From the NCBI RefSeq assembly GCF_000829235.1, contig NZ_AP012549.1, forward strand, positions 540,001 to 572,000: DNA of 32,000 bases. Direction: 5' to 3'. The notes below the pieces were generated by a model. That model was given only the letters and a program-made list of their open reading frames with translations. It did no database searches and was not told the origin of the DNA. Position 1 is the stretch's first letter; every line of letters begins with the position of its first letter. The DNA is from a cyanobacterium endosymbiont of Epithemia turgida isolate EtSB Lake Yunoko. GTDB lineage: Bacteria; Cyanobacteriota; Cyanobacteriia; Cyanobacteriales; Microcystaceae. Position numbers and translations under genes: made by a program. Below are positions 1 to 9,671 of the stretch, in pieces.

Positions 1-593
1 GTTAATTCTGTACGTTTAACTGATGCAGGGGGATCGATTAAGGTTCCAATGCGGAGAGTAACAGGAACAGGAAGGGGAATACTAACCCCTTTAGGTAGAA
101 TTTTATGCGTTCCCCATAAACAGACTGGAAGTAGGGGAAGTTGAGCTTTAGCAGCAATCATGGCTGCTCCTAATTTTGGGTCATGAATACGACCATCTGT
201 TGTGCGAGTTCCTTCAAGGAAAATACCTACAATCCATCCTTCTTTGAGAGCATTCAAGGCCGCTCGAATTGCCCCGCGATCACCTGAACTTCGTTTGACA
301 GGATAAGCTCCATATAACTTAATTCCCTCCTTTAGAAGGGGAATCTCAAATAACTCTTGTTTAGCCATATATGCCACAGGACGACCAACTCCACTGCCCA
401 AAATAGGAGGATCAAAATAACTAGCGTGGTTACTGACAATAATTAAAGGATGTTTTAGCGGAACATTTTCCAGTCCATAAATCTTTCCTCGGAAATAAGT
501 ATAGAAGATTGGAGTAATAATAATTCCCTTAAATAAATAATAAAGAATTAAATTTTTAAGAGTTTCTCGTTCACGAAATTCACTGTTAGGCAT
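1..593 (-). CDS. plsC: 1-acyl-sn-glycerol-3-phosphate acyltransferase (PlsC family); 3' end runs off the window start
   Basis: Absent from the ORF track because there is no stop inside the window. Hand translation of the minus strand from the ATG at 593-591 gives MPNSEFRERETLKNLILYY...IIVSNHASYFDPPILG...GIFLEGTRTTDGRIHDPKLGAAMIAAKAQLPLLPV... It contains the NHxxxxD (NHASYFD) and EGTR acyltransferase motifs. Confidence 0.85.
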   Translation of the reverse strand, partial: MPNSEFRERETLKNLILYYLFKGIIITPIFYTYFRGKIYGLENVPLKHPLIIVSNHASYFDPPILGSGVGRPVAYMAKQELFEIPLLKEGIKLYGAYPVKRSSGDRGAIRAALNALKEGWIVGIFLEGTRTTDGRIHDPKLGAAMIAAKAQLPLLPVCLWGTHKILPKGVSIPLPVPVTLRIGTLIDPPASVKRTEL

Positions 594-1269
594 GGTGATT
601 ACTTATTTTTTTCTGAATTTTTTCCCCTTAATCAAACCATCCTATATTCTCATCGGTTAGTTCCTCATTAAATAACGAGGGTGCAACATAACGTCTAAAT
701 GAGCACAGTGGTTGACTTGTCTGAGATTTTTTAGTTTTGATAAACATTGCTACTTGAGACTTAAGAGAAGATCTGAAGACATGTGATTTTTAGGCTGCTT
801 CAGTTTTGAGTTTATCAATAAATTATTGTTATTGAGTTAATTGAATAGATATCTCTTCCTTTTTGTTAGTTACGTGTAAAGCTTTTTAACTAGTTGTCTT
901 TGTGCTTCTAATTCTATCCGGTATTGATTCACTTTTTGAGTATCTAGCTCAAGAGTTGTGAGCAATATTTTTTTGTCATAAGCTCATTTGTAGATCATTG
1001 ACTTGTTAGTTGGTTTTATCTAAAATTTTAGTTTATTCCCTAATTTTAACTTCAAGTTCAGCTTTAATCGTGTGAATTAACCTAGAATTAATTGGTCGTG
1101 GATTGTGATGATGCGAGATCCTGAGGACTTTTTTTGGCTGTGTCTGAAGTATTTTTAGGCGCATCTAAGAAAACCTCTTCCTTGAAGAAATCAGATAAGC
1201 TTTTCTTTGTCATAATTTACTTCAATCTCATTGGAACTCTTCTGTTAGCATGCGATAATCCCCTTGGGC

Positions 1270-1792
1270 TTATTTGGCAGGGTTATCCCGCAATTCTGTA
1301 AGAGAAACTCCTTCTAATACCACTTGTTCATGAGCTTTATACTGACGAATAAAAGTATAGCCAGTGGGAATTGTCAATGGATTGAATAAAACTCGGTGAG
1401 CAGTTTTAAGCGATACTCCCATGGTGTGTACTATCTCAATTAAAGTTTTTAAATCCATCGGGGCTACTGGAGTAGTAAAAATTAAATAATCAGCAGACAT
1501 AATTACAGCTTTTAGAGCTTCTGAACACAAAGCTGGAGGTGTATTCACAATAATAAGTCTATAATTGCTGACGTGCTAGATTTTCGCTAATAATTTAGGA
1601 TTATTTTTTGCCGTTAAATCAAAGTTCATACATTCTTTTCCACGTCTAGTCCAACAAGTTGTATCCTTCTGAGGATAAAAATTTACTAACAAAACTTCTT
1701 GTTTTTTAACTACTACAGCCGTAAATTTAGCGGCTGTAGTAGTTAGTTTTACTTACGTCCCTTTACCGTTACCAACGGCAAGAAGTGATCAT
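1270..1792 (-). pseudogene. ParA/MinD-type partition ATPase, inactivated
   Basis: Track ORF 1270-1548 (..IIVNTPPALCSEALKAVIMSADYLIFTTPVAPMDLKTL..) is only the C-terminal part. The same frame continued upstream reads SLLAVGNGKGT*VKLTTTAAKFTAVVVKKQEVLLVNFYPQKDTTCWTRRGKE...LLAKI*HVSNYRLIIVNTPP. There is an in-frame TAA at 1753-1755 inside the expected KGGVGKTT Walker A, which is readable only as G-D-V-S-K-T in a shifted frame. There is an in-frame TAG at 1576-1578. The likely start ATG (1792, MITS..) is in a different frame, and the Walker B Asp is replaced (IIVNTPP). Confidence 0.8.
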
Positions 1793-3773
1793 TATCTCTC
1801 ACCATATCATGGGGGCTGACCTTTGGTCATTAATTGTCATTAAGCTAAATTGAATAATAGTGTTTCACTATCACTTAGAAAATCCTTCTTTAGGAATATT
1901 CTCTAAGTGATTAATCGCCGCTTCACATCCAGCATGAGTCAGTGAGTTTAGATAAATATGAAAATAGAAAAGTAGTTAAAGAAAAGCGATCTTCTATATG
2001 TTGGACTGCCTACAAATTAAGCCAATAATTTTATAACAATCAACACTATAAAAAGTTGATTATCGCCATATAAATCTTCTCTAAAACAAGATAATAAATA
2101 TTATGTTTAAGTTTGAAAATATAAAATCTTAAAAAGATAATAGGTCGAGTAAATATGCCACTAAATATTATTTATATGACAACTAGATAAACAATTTTTA
2201 GATAGGTTATTCAACAAAGAGAAAAATTAAAGGCGTATCCGAGAAATAGAAATAAAAGAATAAGAATAAAATATATCGAAGAGATCTCAAATAAAGATAA
2301 AAAAAATTATCATAGTAAATAATTATTTGGAATTTCTAAAAACATGGAAAAATTATATTAATTATCTAATAAATATATAAGAGGCAAAAAAGAACTGTAA
2401 ATAAAAAAAATAAAAATATAATTAATCCGTACTAAAATTATCTTCTTTGCAAAAAAATATAAATAAAAAGGATGGTATAAATTCGGTAATTATCAATAAT
2501 ATTTATTAGATATACGTGTTTTAGTTACAGTAAAGTCAAAATAAAAAAAGGATATCTATCTATTTTTTATTAACTTATAGTCTATAAAAAATATAAAGTT
2601 ACCGAAACGTCTACATATTCTCTGGCTGTTTCAAGTTTAGGAAAAATTTGTTTAATCAAAGTTTTAAAATTAATTATAAAATTTGTTAAAATTTAGATAA
2701 TAAGACAAAAAACTTTATTTTATATCTATTTTTATTACTAGTTTACTAATGGTTTTTATGAAAAATCTTGTAGTAAAAATAATAAATTTTATTACTTAAA
2801 ACGGTGAAATTTTTATTTATTTTAAGTAAAATTTAAACTAAGGTTTCTTGCTGTTTTTATATTCTACAGTAATTTATTTAAATTTTTAAAATGTGAATAC
2901 ATGTATGTTTTTTCCTATTTTTATATATAAATTTATTTAGATATCTCCTTTTAATTCTTAAATTCTTAGGTCATTCTTATTTATTTATATAAATAATTCA
3001 TATATTATTGTCCAATAATTTAGCTATTTTTAGCTTATAAAGATTTTTTTATTTTTTAGACTTACTATATTTTTATATCTTAATCAATAAAAACTGTGCT
3101 GGTTTATATATTTTTATTTTTGATAATTATAAATATAAAGTAATATAACTATGTTTAAATAAATAGCATATGTTAATTTTTTTAAAATTAGATTTTTAAA
3201 AAATGCCATAATTAATGGCGCTATTTTTATTATTTAATTACTTTGTTTACTAGTAGAAACTTTGTTATTTTTTTTGCTAAATTTATAGTAAATAGGCAAC
3301 TATAGCACGATACAAAAAAATAACAAAACTATAAATAAGTTGACAACTAACTACCAGTTGTCGAGTTGATTTATTAGTATTAGTTGTTAGATTTTTTAAT
3401 TTTTATTAAAACATTTATGGAGTAAAACTTCATTAATCAATAAATCTCACGATGAAGGTTAAGACTATTGGATATCTACTGATCTTTAACAGGTATAATT
3501 TCTCTATTTTCTCTAAATTATAACTGAAATATTAAATAATTTAAACAACAAAAATAATTTTACCCAAAATATTCTCATGATGTCACTAACTAGTAAAAAG
3601 TCTTGAGTTAAAAAGATTAATTGTTTCAGACTGTACCATAATTTTTAAAAAAATAATTCAAGAAATTAATGAGCTATGATAGGATGAGTTGATGTATAAA
3701 AAAATAACCTTGTTCATATTTACATTAACTGTTATTTTTTTAAGGTTGAAGATAAGAGTCTAAATTGTTTACT

Positions 3774-4646
3774 ATGGATTTACTGCGATCACTTCCCATC
3801 GGACTCTATCTTGAAAAACCTATCACCTGGTTACATCAACTCGATCCTAGAGTGAAGTTAGCTTGGTTAATGACCTTTCTCGCTTCCCCAATCCTAGCTC
3901 ACCCTCTCTGGCAACTTGGGGTTGTTGGAATTTTAATTTTATTGACCATAACTGCTAGGATTCCCCTAAGAGTCTGGCGACAACAAATGGGCTGGTTAAT
4001 CATTGTCTCAATCCTCATATTTATAATTACAGCAATTGCCCCTGATGGTTTGACGGTACATACTCAACCTCGACTCTTGGATGGTGACGTATTTTTACCA
4101 CAGCCTACTGATTATAACTATATTTTATTGGATAAAGGGCGTTTAATTACCCGTCGATCTGTTGAGTTAGGAATTCGTATTAGTGCCCTCATTTTTATTC
4201 TTATTTATAGCACTAATCTTTATCTTTTAACTACCGCTCCAGAAGAAATTACTACTGGGTTAGAATATCTACTAGAACCTTTGCGTTATCTTAAACTACC
4301 CATTACAGAAATTATGCTAACTCTAACCCTTTCGTTAAGGTTTATTCCTCTGGTGTTAGAAGAGTTACAAAATTTAGTTAGATCAATTCGGACTAGGGCA
4401 ATTAATTGGAAAAAGTTGGGACTTAAGCGCGCTTTGCAGGTCTGGCTAGTTGTAGTTGAAAAATTATTAGAAAATTTGCTGATGCGGGCTGAAGAGATTG
4501 CCGTCGCCATGGAAGTCAGAGGGTTTACAACTCCTAATGAACACCGAGTTCAATGGTATCAGTTACGCTTAATTGAGTGGGATTGGATTGCTTTGGCAAT
4601 TTTAATTCCTTTTTGGTGGACGCGGTTTATCTTGGGAAGAATGTGA
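3774..4646 (+). CDS. ecfT: Energy-coupling-factor transporter transmembrane (T) component, EcfT/CbiQ family
   Basis: Track ORF 3765-4646; I prefer the ATG at 3774 (MDLLRSLPIG..) over the TTG at 3765. It is a multi-pass hydrophobic protein with LDPRVKL near the N-terminus and two Arg-containing coupling-helix motifs typical of CbiQ/EcfT (TLSLRFIPLV.., ..AVAMEVRGF). No ECF ATPase gene is adjacent. Confidence 0.75.
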   Translation: MDLLRSLPIGLYLEKPITWLHQLDPRVKLAWLMTFLASPILAHPLWQLGVVGILILLTITARIPLRVWRQQMGWLIIVSILIFIITAIAPDGLTVHTQPRLLDGDVFLPQPTDYNYILLDKGRLITRRSVELGIRISALIFILIYSTNLYLLTTAPEEITTGLEYLLEPLRYLKLPITEIMLTLTLSLRFIPLVLEELQNLVRSIRTRAINWKKLGLKRALQVWLVVVEKLLENLLMRAEEIAVAMEVRGFTTPNEHRVQWYQLRLIEWDWIALAILIPFWWTRFILGRM

Positions 4647-4966
4647 TGTTAACTTTCTGTATGTATTTTAAGGAAAAAATTAACATTAACTAGCAGTGAG
4701 TCGTCAACTGAGTTATAGTTTTCTCAATCTTTTCCTTAAACGTTATAAAGTAGCAAAAAGCACAAATTATTATTTGATAGCTTAATATTATAAAACAATT
4801 TTTAGAGCAAAATAGTGGTGTTTTTCTACAAAAACTAAGTACCATTTTTGATAAAAAATATATATTACAGTTAATATCCTTACCATATATCGTTTAAGAT
4901 AAAAATTTAAGTCTACCTAAAAAATACTTTTTCTAAGACGGAAATATTTGATGACGTTGGAATAAC

Positions 4967-4995
4967 TCCAACTTTAAGACCTAGTTGGGTTTTTT
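4967..4995 (+). terminator. Intrinsic-terminator-like hairpin plus U6 tract
   Basis: tccaact (4967-4973) pairs with agttggg (4983-4989): 7 bp including 3 G-C and one G.U, with a 9-nt loop, followed directly by tttttt (4990-4995). It lies 320 nt downstream of the ecfT stop. Its 5' arm is also the 3' arm of an upstream hairpin (4956-4972). Confidence 0.45.
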
Positions 4996-5217
4996 AAAAT
5001 TGGAGTTTGTTCAGGCATGATTCCTCAGGGTATCTGAGTAACTGAAGGAAGACGGTCCTATGGAAAATTTTGTAATAATTAAGAAGAAAATATTCTGTTG
5101 GTTGTAGTGAGCTAGGAGCTTGTGTAGTCATGAATAACTTACCAGTTCATAAAGCAATAAAAATTTTTAAAAAATAGAGTTGACGAGAAAAAATTATTTT
5201 TTTACTTTATTTTATAA

Positions 5218-5253
5218 ATTTAACTTTTAATAAATATTCATTAAAAGTTAAAT
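5218..5253. repeat. Perfect inverted repeat with 14-bp arms and an 8-nt loop
   Basis: attttaacttttaat (5218-5231) pairs with attaaaagttaaat (5240-5253), checked base by base, including the single c5224/g5247 pair. The loop is aaatattc. Confidence 0.9.
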
Positions 5254-6164
5254 AATATTTTCTAGTTTTATTGTTTAATCAAATTAAAAATTTGAATTAA
5301 ACGATTAATTAAGTAACTAATGACAACATAATTAACTAGTTTATCTACTTCTGTTATTATGAGTTATTAAATTGAAACCCACTATCAATGGATACAAGTA
5401 GTCTAGTTGAAATTCAATCAAAACAATAGTAATAATAACTAATATTTTTGTATAAAATATTAGTGCGGAATTTTTCTTTATAGAAGGGGCATAGCATCAA
5501 ATAAAAATTATTAAATTGTCATAAATATATCTAAAGATAAATATAATTTAGCTAAGGTAATTAAACAGGAAATGGACTAATAAAAGTATTTTTATAGAAT
5601 ATATGAATTAAAGCAATATAAATTTCACTGTAATTACTTCACTATAAATATACAAAATAATTAACGTTGTTAATATTTATTTAAGATCATTTATTCAACG
5701 TTGAAGTTAATCAGCCGCATTAACTTTTTGCTATCTTTTCTCTTACCACTCACCGTCTTCCCCTTGTTAATTCTGAATCGGCGGGAACTCTTAAACTATT
5801 CTATTGATAGATACAGCGGAATTTATAAATGAACTTTCCTGTCATTAATCAATGCTTTTCAGGCTTTTCTACAGGAAGAAAGTGACTGAAGGGGATGTCC
5901 TTCTCTGTGTGGTTGACTGGTCTCGCCCAACGTGAAAAATTTAGGTTGAATCAATTTGCTATGATAGGTTTGGAAAAAATATCCTTAACCCTTAGAGCAA
6001 TGTTGTTGACATTTAATACAATTGATTAGATGGGAAGTGTATTTTTGAACAGACTAAGGTTAAATATTCCTAAGTTGTGTTAATTCATCTGAGTAAGTAG
6101 TTTACATTATAAGCTGTACATCAAAAGTTGAAGTATTTGATTTGCTTACACGGATTTAGATACT

Positions 6165-7658
6165 TTAGTCTAATTTGACTGTTAAAGCTTTTCTAGCCTG
6201 TTCACGATCATCAAAGTGTATTTTTTCTGTTCCTAGAATTTGATAATCTTCGTGACCTTTTCCGGCAATTAAAACCCCGTCTCCTGGTTTTGCTCGTTGA
6301 ATGGCTTGATTAATAGCTTCAGCACGATCACTAATAACAATGGGGTTCACTGAATCAGAAATTCCCTCTAAAATATCAGCTAAGATCCTCTGGGGATCTT
6401 CAGTTCGGGGGTTATCAGAGGTGACAATGCACACGTCTGCTAATTGACTGGAAATTCGACCCATTAGGGGACGTTTAGTGCGATCACGATCACCGCCACA
6501 CCCGAAAACACAGATCATTCTGCCCCGAATAAAGGGACGGGCAGCATTGAGCAAATTTTCTAGACTATCAGGGGTATGAGCGTAGTCTACAATAACGCTA
6601 ATGTCCTGTTTATCACTAATTTTTACCCGTTCCATTCGCCCTGGAACTCCTCTGAATTTAGGTAATTTAGCAACAATTTCGTCTAAATCTAGCCTAAAAT
6701 GTAAGACTGTTGCGACTGCTGCTAAAAGGTTGGACAGATTGAATTGTCCGACCAAGGGAGAACTAAAGGAAACAGTTCCTTGAGGCGTATGTAAAGTTCC
6801 TGATACTCCCGCTGCTTCGTAGGTGAGATTGCTTGTATAAAAATCTGCTGTCTCATTGTTTACGCTATAACTCCATACCTGATAAGAATCTAATCCCTCA
6901 ATTAACCTTTTTCCATAGAAATCATCTAGGTTAATAATTGCTCGTTCTGTAAGGTATTCTGAGCTGAACAAGAGACTTTTAGCGAGGAAATAATGTTCCA
7001 TGTCTTTATGAAAGTCCAGATGATCTTGGGTTAAATTAGTAAAAACTCCTACCTTAAATGGGCATTCTTTAACTCTTCCTTGGGCTAAGGCATGGGAACT
7101 TACTTCCATCACACAATATTGGTTTTGAGCCGCCACTGCTTCGGCCAGTCTTCTTTGTAATTCTGGGGCAAAGGGAGTGGTGTGAGTAGCTATTTGTTGA
7201 AACCCCTGCCAACGGGTATATAAGGTTCCAAATAAAGCGGTGGGGTGTTGTCCTTGAGTCAAGAAAAATTCAATTAAGTGGGCAGTGGTAGTTTTTCCAT
7301 TAGTTCCGGTGATCCCAATCATGTTTAACTGTTGACTTGGATATTTGTAAAATGTCGCAGCTACTTGGGCACAAACCGTCACCATGTCCTCTACTGTAAT
7401 AATGCAAACGTCAGGAGTAGGGGGAAATTGAGCAGCCGCTTGGGGCGTAATAATAGCTGCGATCGCCCCTGCTTCTATGGCACTTGGCCAAAATTGGCCA
7501 CCGTCAACACGGGTTCCTGGCATTCCGATAAATAAATCCCCCGGTTTACAAGTATGGGAATTGGTGCAAATACCTTTAATTTCGCGATCAAGAGGATTAT
7601 TAGTATATTCTTTTCCAAGAAGGAAAGTTTTTTTCAGTAAATCTCGTATTTTCACCAT
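6165..7658 (-). CDS. murE: UDP-N-acetylmuramoyl-L-alanyl-D-glutamate--2,6-diaminopimelate ligase
   Basis: 497-aa ORF with the Mur ligase P-loop GITGTNGKTTT and the DNPR motif (SDNPRTEDP) typical of meso-DAP-adding MurE. Length and domain order match MurE. Confidence 0.93.
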   Translation of the reverse strand: MVKIRDLLKKTFLLGKEYTNNPLDREIKGICTNSHTCKPGDLFIGMPGTRVDGGQFWPSAIEAGAIAAIITPQAAAQFPPTPDVCIITVEDMVTVCAQVAATFYKYPSQQLNMIGITGTNGKTTTAHLIEFFLTQGQHPTALFGTLYTRWQGFQQIATHTTPFAPELQRRLAEAVAAQNQYCVMEVSSHALAQGRVKECPFKVGVFTNLTQDHLDFHKDMEHYFLAKSLLFSSEYLTERAIINLDDFYGKRLIEGLDSYQVWSYSVNNETADFYTSNLTYEAAGVSGTLHTPQGTVSFSSPLVGQFNLSNLLAAVATVLHFRLDLDEIVAKLPKFRGVPGRMERVKISDKQDISVIVDYAHTPDSLENLLNAARPFIRGRMICVFGCGGDRDRTKRPLMGRISSQLADVCIVTSDNPRTEDPQRILADILEGISDSVNPIVISDRAEAINQAIQRAKPGDGVLIAGKGHEDYQILGTEKIHFDDREQARKALTVKLD

Positions 7659-8161
7659 AAAAATTCTTTGTTTGTCATAAATTTAGGGTCAGATTTTATA
7701 ATCTATTGTGAGTGATGTTAGCAGAATTCTCTAATAAGTTCTCTAAGAAAGATAAAATTTTAAAATTAAGCATGTCAATAAGTGCACATGTTTCAAGGTA
7801 GTCAATGAAGATATAGAATAATTATTTGATTTCATAAGGATAAGGAAACCCTTTTAGAAAATCGAGAATAAAATTTGCTTTTTTGATGTAATATATTGCA
7901 AAGCCTTGCCATAATCTTTTAGAGGATTACCACTTAAGTAACTGTATAAATTAGTGCTTTAATATTTTTAAATTTAAATTGTCAAACTCATAATTTTTTA
8001 AAAAATTTTTAGATAGAATATTCTCATTTTATTTCAAATTTAAGCGCTAAAACGTCTTTTCTTTATAAACTCTAGCTAAATAGTCTATCTCAACAAAATT
8101 TTTATTGAAACCTCCTCAGTTAAATCATCTAAATCAAATTACTGCAACCGTTTTTTCTTCA

Positions 8162-8210
8162 AAAGTTTATAATTTATAGCTACCTATAAATTATAAACTT
8201 TATTTTTTTT
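8162..8210 (+). terminator. 18-bp perfect hairpin followed by A-T8; orphan plus-strand terminator-like element
   Basis: aaagtttataatttatag (8162-8179), loop ctac, ctataaattataaacttt (8184-8201), then a + tttttttt (8203-8210). All 18 pairs were verified, including g8165/c8198 and g8179/c8184. No plus-strand gene lies upstream; the element faces the 3' end of desA. Confidence 0.5.
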
Positions 8211-8504
8211 AACTATACATTACACTCTTCTACAGTTGTTGAAACTATGATATAAAATCATAATAATTCTTCTCTCTTAAAATCAAGAAATATCCCCTAA
8301 GATTGTCTGTAAAGTATCATTATTTATTTTTCTAACAAAGAAAGGTTAGAATAGAGATTCATAAAACTACTCCGCGAAAAAAACAGTGATCAATCATCAA
8401 TAAATTATCTTATTTAAGATAATAACAGTTAAACTAACATAGAGACGCCGTGTCTAGCGTCCCTAGAGGCACTTTTTCTAAATTAAGAAAGCTTTAAGCC
8501 GACA

Positions 8505-8524
8505 TTCCCTATTAACTCAGGGAA
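8505..8524 (-). terminator. Candidate desA terminator hairpin (weak)
   Basis: On the minus strand, UUCCCU-GAGUUAAU-AGGGAA (6 bp, 3 G-C) starts 10 nt after the desA stop. The downstream sequence is only moderately U-rich (UGUCGGCUUAAAGCUUUCUUAAUUU). Confidence 0.25.
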
Positions 8525-8533
8525 GAAACATTA

Positions 8534-9583
8534 TTATTTTTTAAGTTTCCAGTAATTTTCAAAGGATTGGTAATTAAATTCGCGGTGATAGAGATGGCAC
8601 TGATTTGTAATATCTTGTATTAAAGACCAAGAAAAACGGTATTCACAAAGATAATTTCCCCAATTCTTCTTTAAACTTTGATGAGCTTGCCGTAAATTAT
8701 AACTGGGAATTCCGGTAGAAATATGGTGGGGAATGTGAACATTGATATCATGGCAAAGAATTTCTATCCAATGGGGATAGTCACAATGAACCGTTCCACT
8801 TAATTGAGCTTGGGACTCATTCCATTGGTCAACCTTTTTAAAAGCAATATTTGGGACTGTATGATGCACGAGGGTAAAGGTGCTCATCCAGAAATGAAAG
8901 ACTAACCAAGGTAACAAGCAAAATTTAACAAAACCCCAAGCTCCCAGGGTTATTAATAAAATAGGAAAACCAATAACTGCACTAGTAATCACAACTAATA
9001 CAGAAAAACGAACTTGCTCTCGTTCTCTTCCAGTAAAAGTTGTCCAATTGAAGTGAATTTTGGCCCAATGAACAACAGAAGCAAACCACCAAAATCGTCC
9101 TCGGAGTTGACGATAACTCCATTTAGCTAATGGGGAACAACTTTCATAAAGTTCTGCGGTGAGGGGATTCCAGGCGTTGTCTACATTAAGCTTGTTGGTA
9201 TGTTTATGATGATGATCATGGAGAATACGCCAACTATGGAAAGGATAGATAATCGGTAAAAAAGATAAATGTCCCACCAAATCATTAACCCAAATACGAT
9301 TAGAAAAGGAACGATGGCCACAATCATGACCAATCACAAAAAGTCCTGTCAAAGCAGTTCCCGTAAATATCCACAGAATGGGTAGTAGATACCAAGGAGT
9401 GAGCGCTAAAGCTCCCATACCTAAAGCCACCATGAAAATACTTAGAACTACCTTAAACCATGCTTTACGTGGGTCTTTAGTAAATACATTTGAGGGAAGG
9501 GTATTGATAATATCCCGTAAACGCACTGTGCAATCAGGTTGTAATAAAGTTTTGTGTTGAGTAGGACTAGTCAGTGTTGTCAT
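8534..9583 (-). CDS. desA: Membrane acyl-lipid fatty-acid desaturase, delta-12 (DesA)-type
   Basis: 349 aa with three histidine boxes: HDCGH, HDHHH(KHTN) and HIPHH. Hydrophobic segments lie between the boxes. Blocks such as WIFTGTALTGLFVIGHDCGHRSF, FHSWRILHDHHHKHTN and GTVHCDYPHWIEILCHDINVHIPHH closely resemble Synechocystis DesA as I recall it. Confidence 0.88.
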   Translation of the reverse strand: MTTLTSPTQHKTLLQPDCTVRLRDIINTLPSNVFTKDPRKAWFKVVLSIFMVALGMGALALTPWYLLPILWIFTGTALTGLFVIGHDCGHRSFSNRIWVNDLVGHLSFLPIIYPFHSWRILHDHHHKHTNKLNVDNAWNPLTAELYESCSPLAKWSYRQLRGRFWWFASVVHWAKIHFNWTTFTGREREQVRFSVLVVITSAVIGFPILLITLGAWGFVKFCLLPWLVFHFWMSTFTLVHHTVPNIAFKKVDQWNESQAQLSGTVHCDYPHWIEILCHDINVHIPHHISTGIPSYNLRQAHQSLKKNWGNYLCEYRFSWSLIQDITNQCHLYHREFNYQSFENYWKLKK

Positions 9584-9651
9584 GAACGATGAATAATATT
9601 GAAATGGTGTATTTGGAGTAATTAAAAAGCCAAATTGACATATAGAAACTA

Positions 9652-9671
9652 ACTTCTCCTAGTGGAGAAGT
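9652..9671. promoter_or_regulatory. 8-bp inverted repeat in the desA/crp divergent intergenic region
   Basis: acttctcc (9652-9659), tagt, ggagaagt (9664-9671). It lies about 70 nt upstream of the desA start, 12 nt downstream of a TTGACA hexamer (9635-9640). Function unknown. Confidence 0.3.

Noticed and set aside
1796-3773. Possibility that the ORF-free spacers encode proteins under an alternative genetic code
   Set aside because: The spacers are saturated with TAA and TAG as well as TGA in all six frames, so no known stop-codon reassignment would open long frames. The composition is far outside that of the flanking genes.
4286-4510. 74-aa minus-strand ORF from the track
   Set aside because: It lies entirely inside the well-supported EcfT/CbiQ-like gene on the opposite strand, and its low-complexity sequence has no motif. 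It is a shadow ORF.
4645-4658. 14-mer gatgttaactttct shared with 21043-21056, which looked like a dispersed repeat
   Set aside because: A back-of-envelope estimate (about 0.29 match probability per position, about 5e8 position pairs) predicts several exact 14-mers by chance in 32 kb of this composition. The flanks do not extend the match.
6601-7680. Three plus-strand track ORFs (6601-6783, 7332-7535, 7477-7680)
   Set aside because: All are antisense to murE, which has unambiguous Mur-ligase motifs. They are Arg/Ser/Cys-rich translations typical of antisense frames. Shadow ORFs.
9378-9560. 60-aa plus-strand ORF
   Set aside because: It is antisense within the desaturase gene. Shadow ORF.
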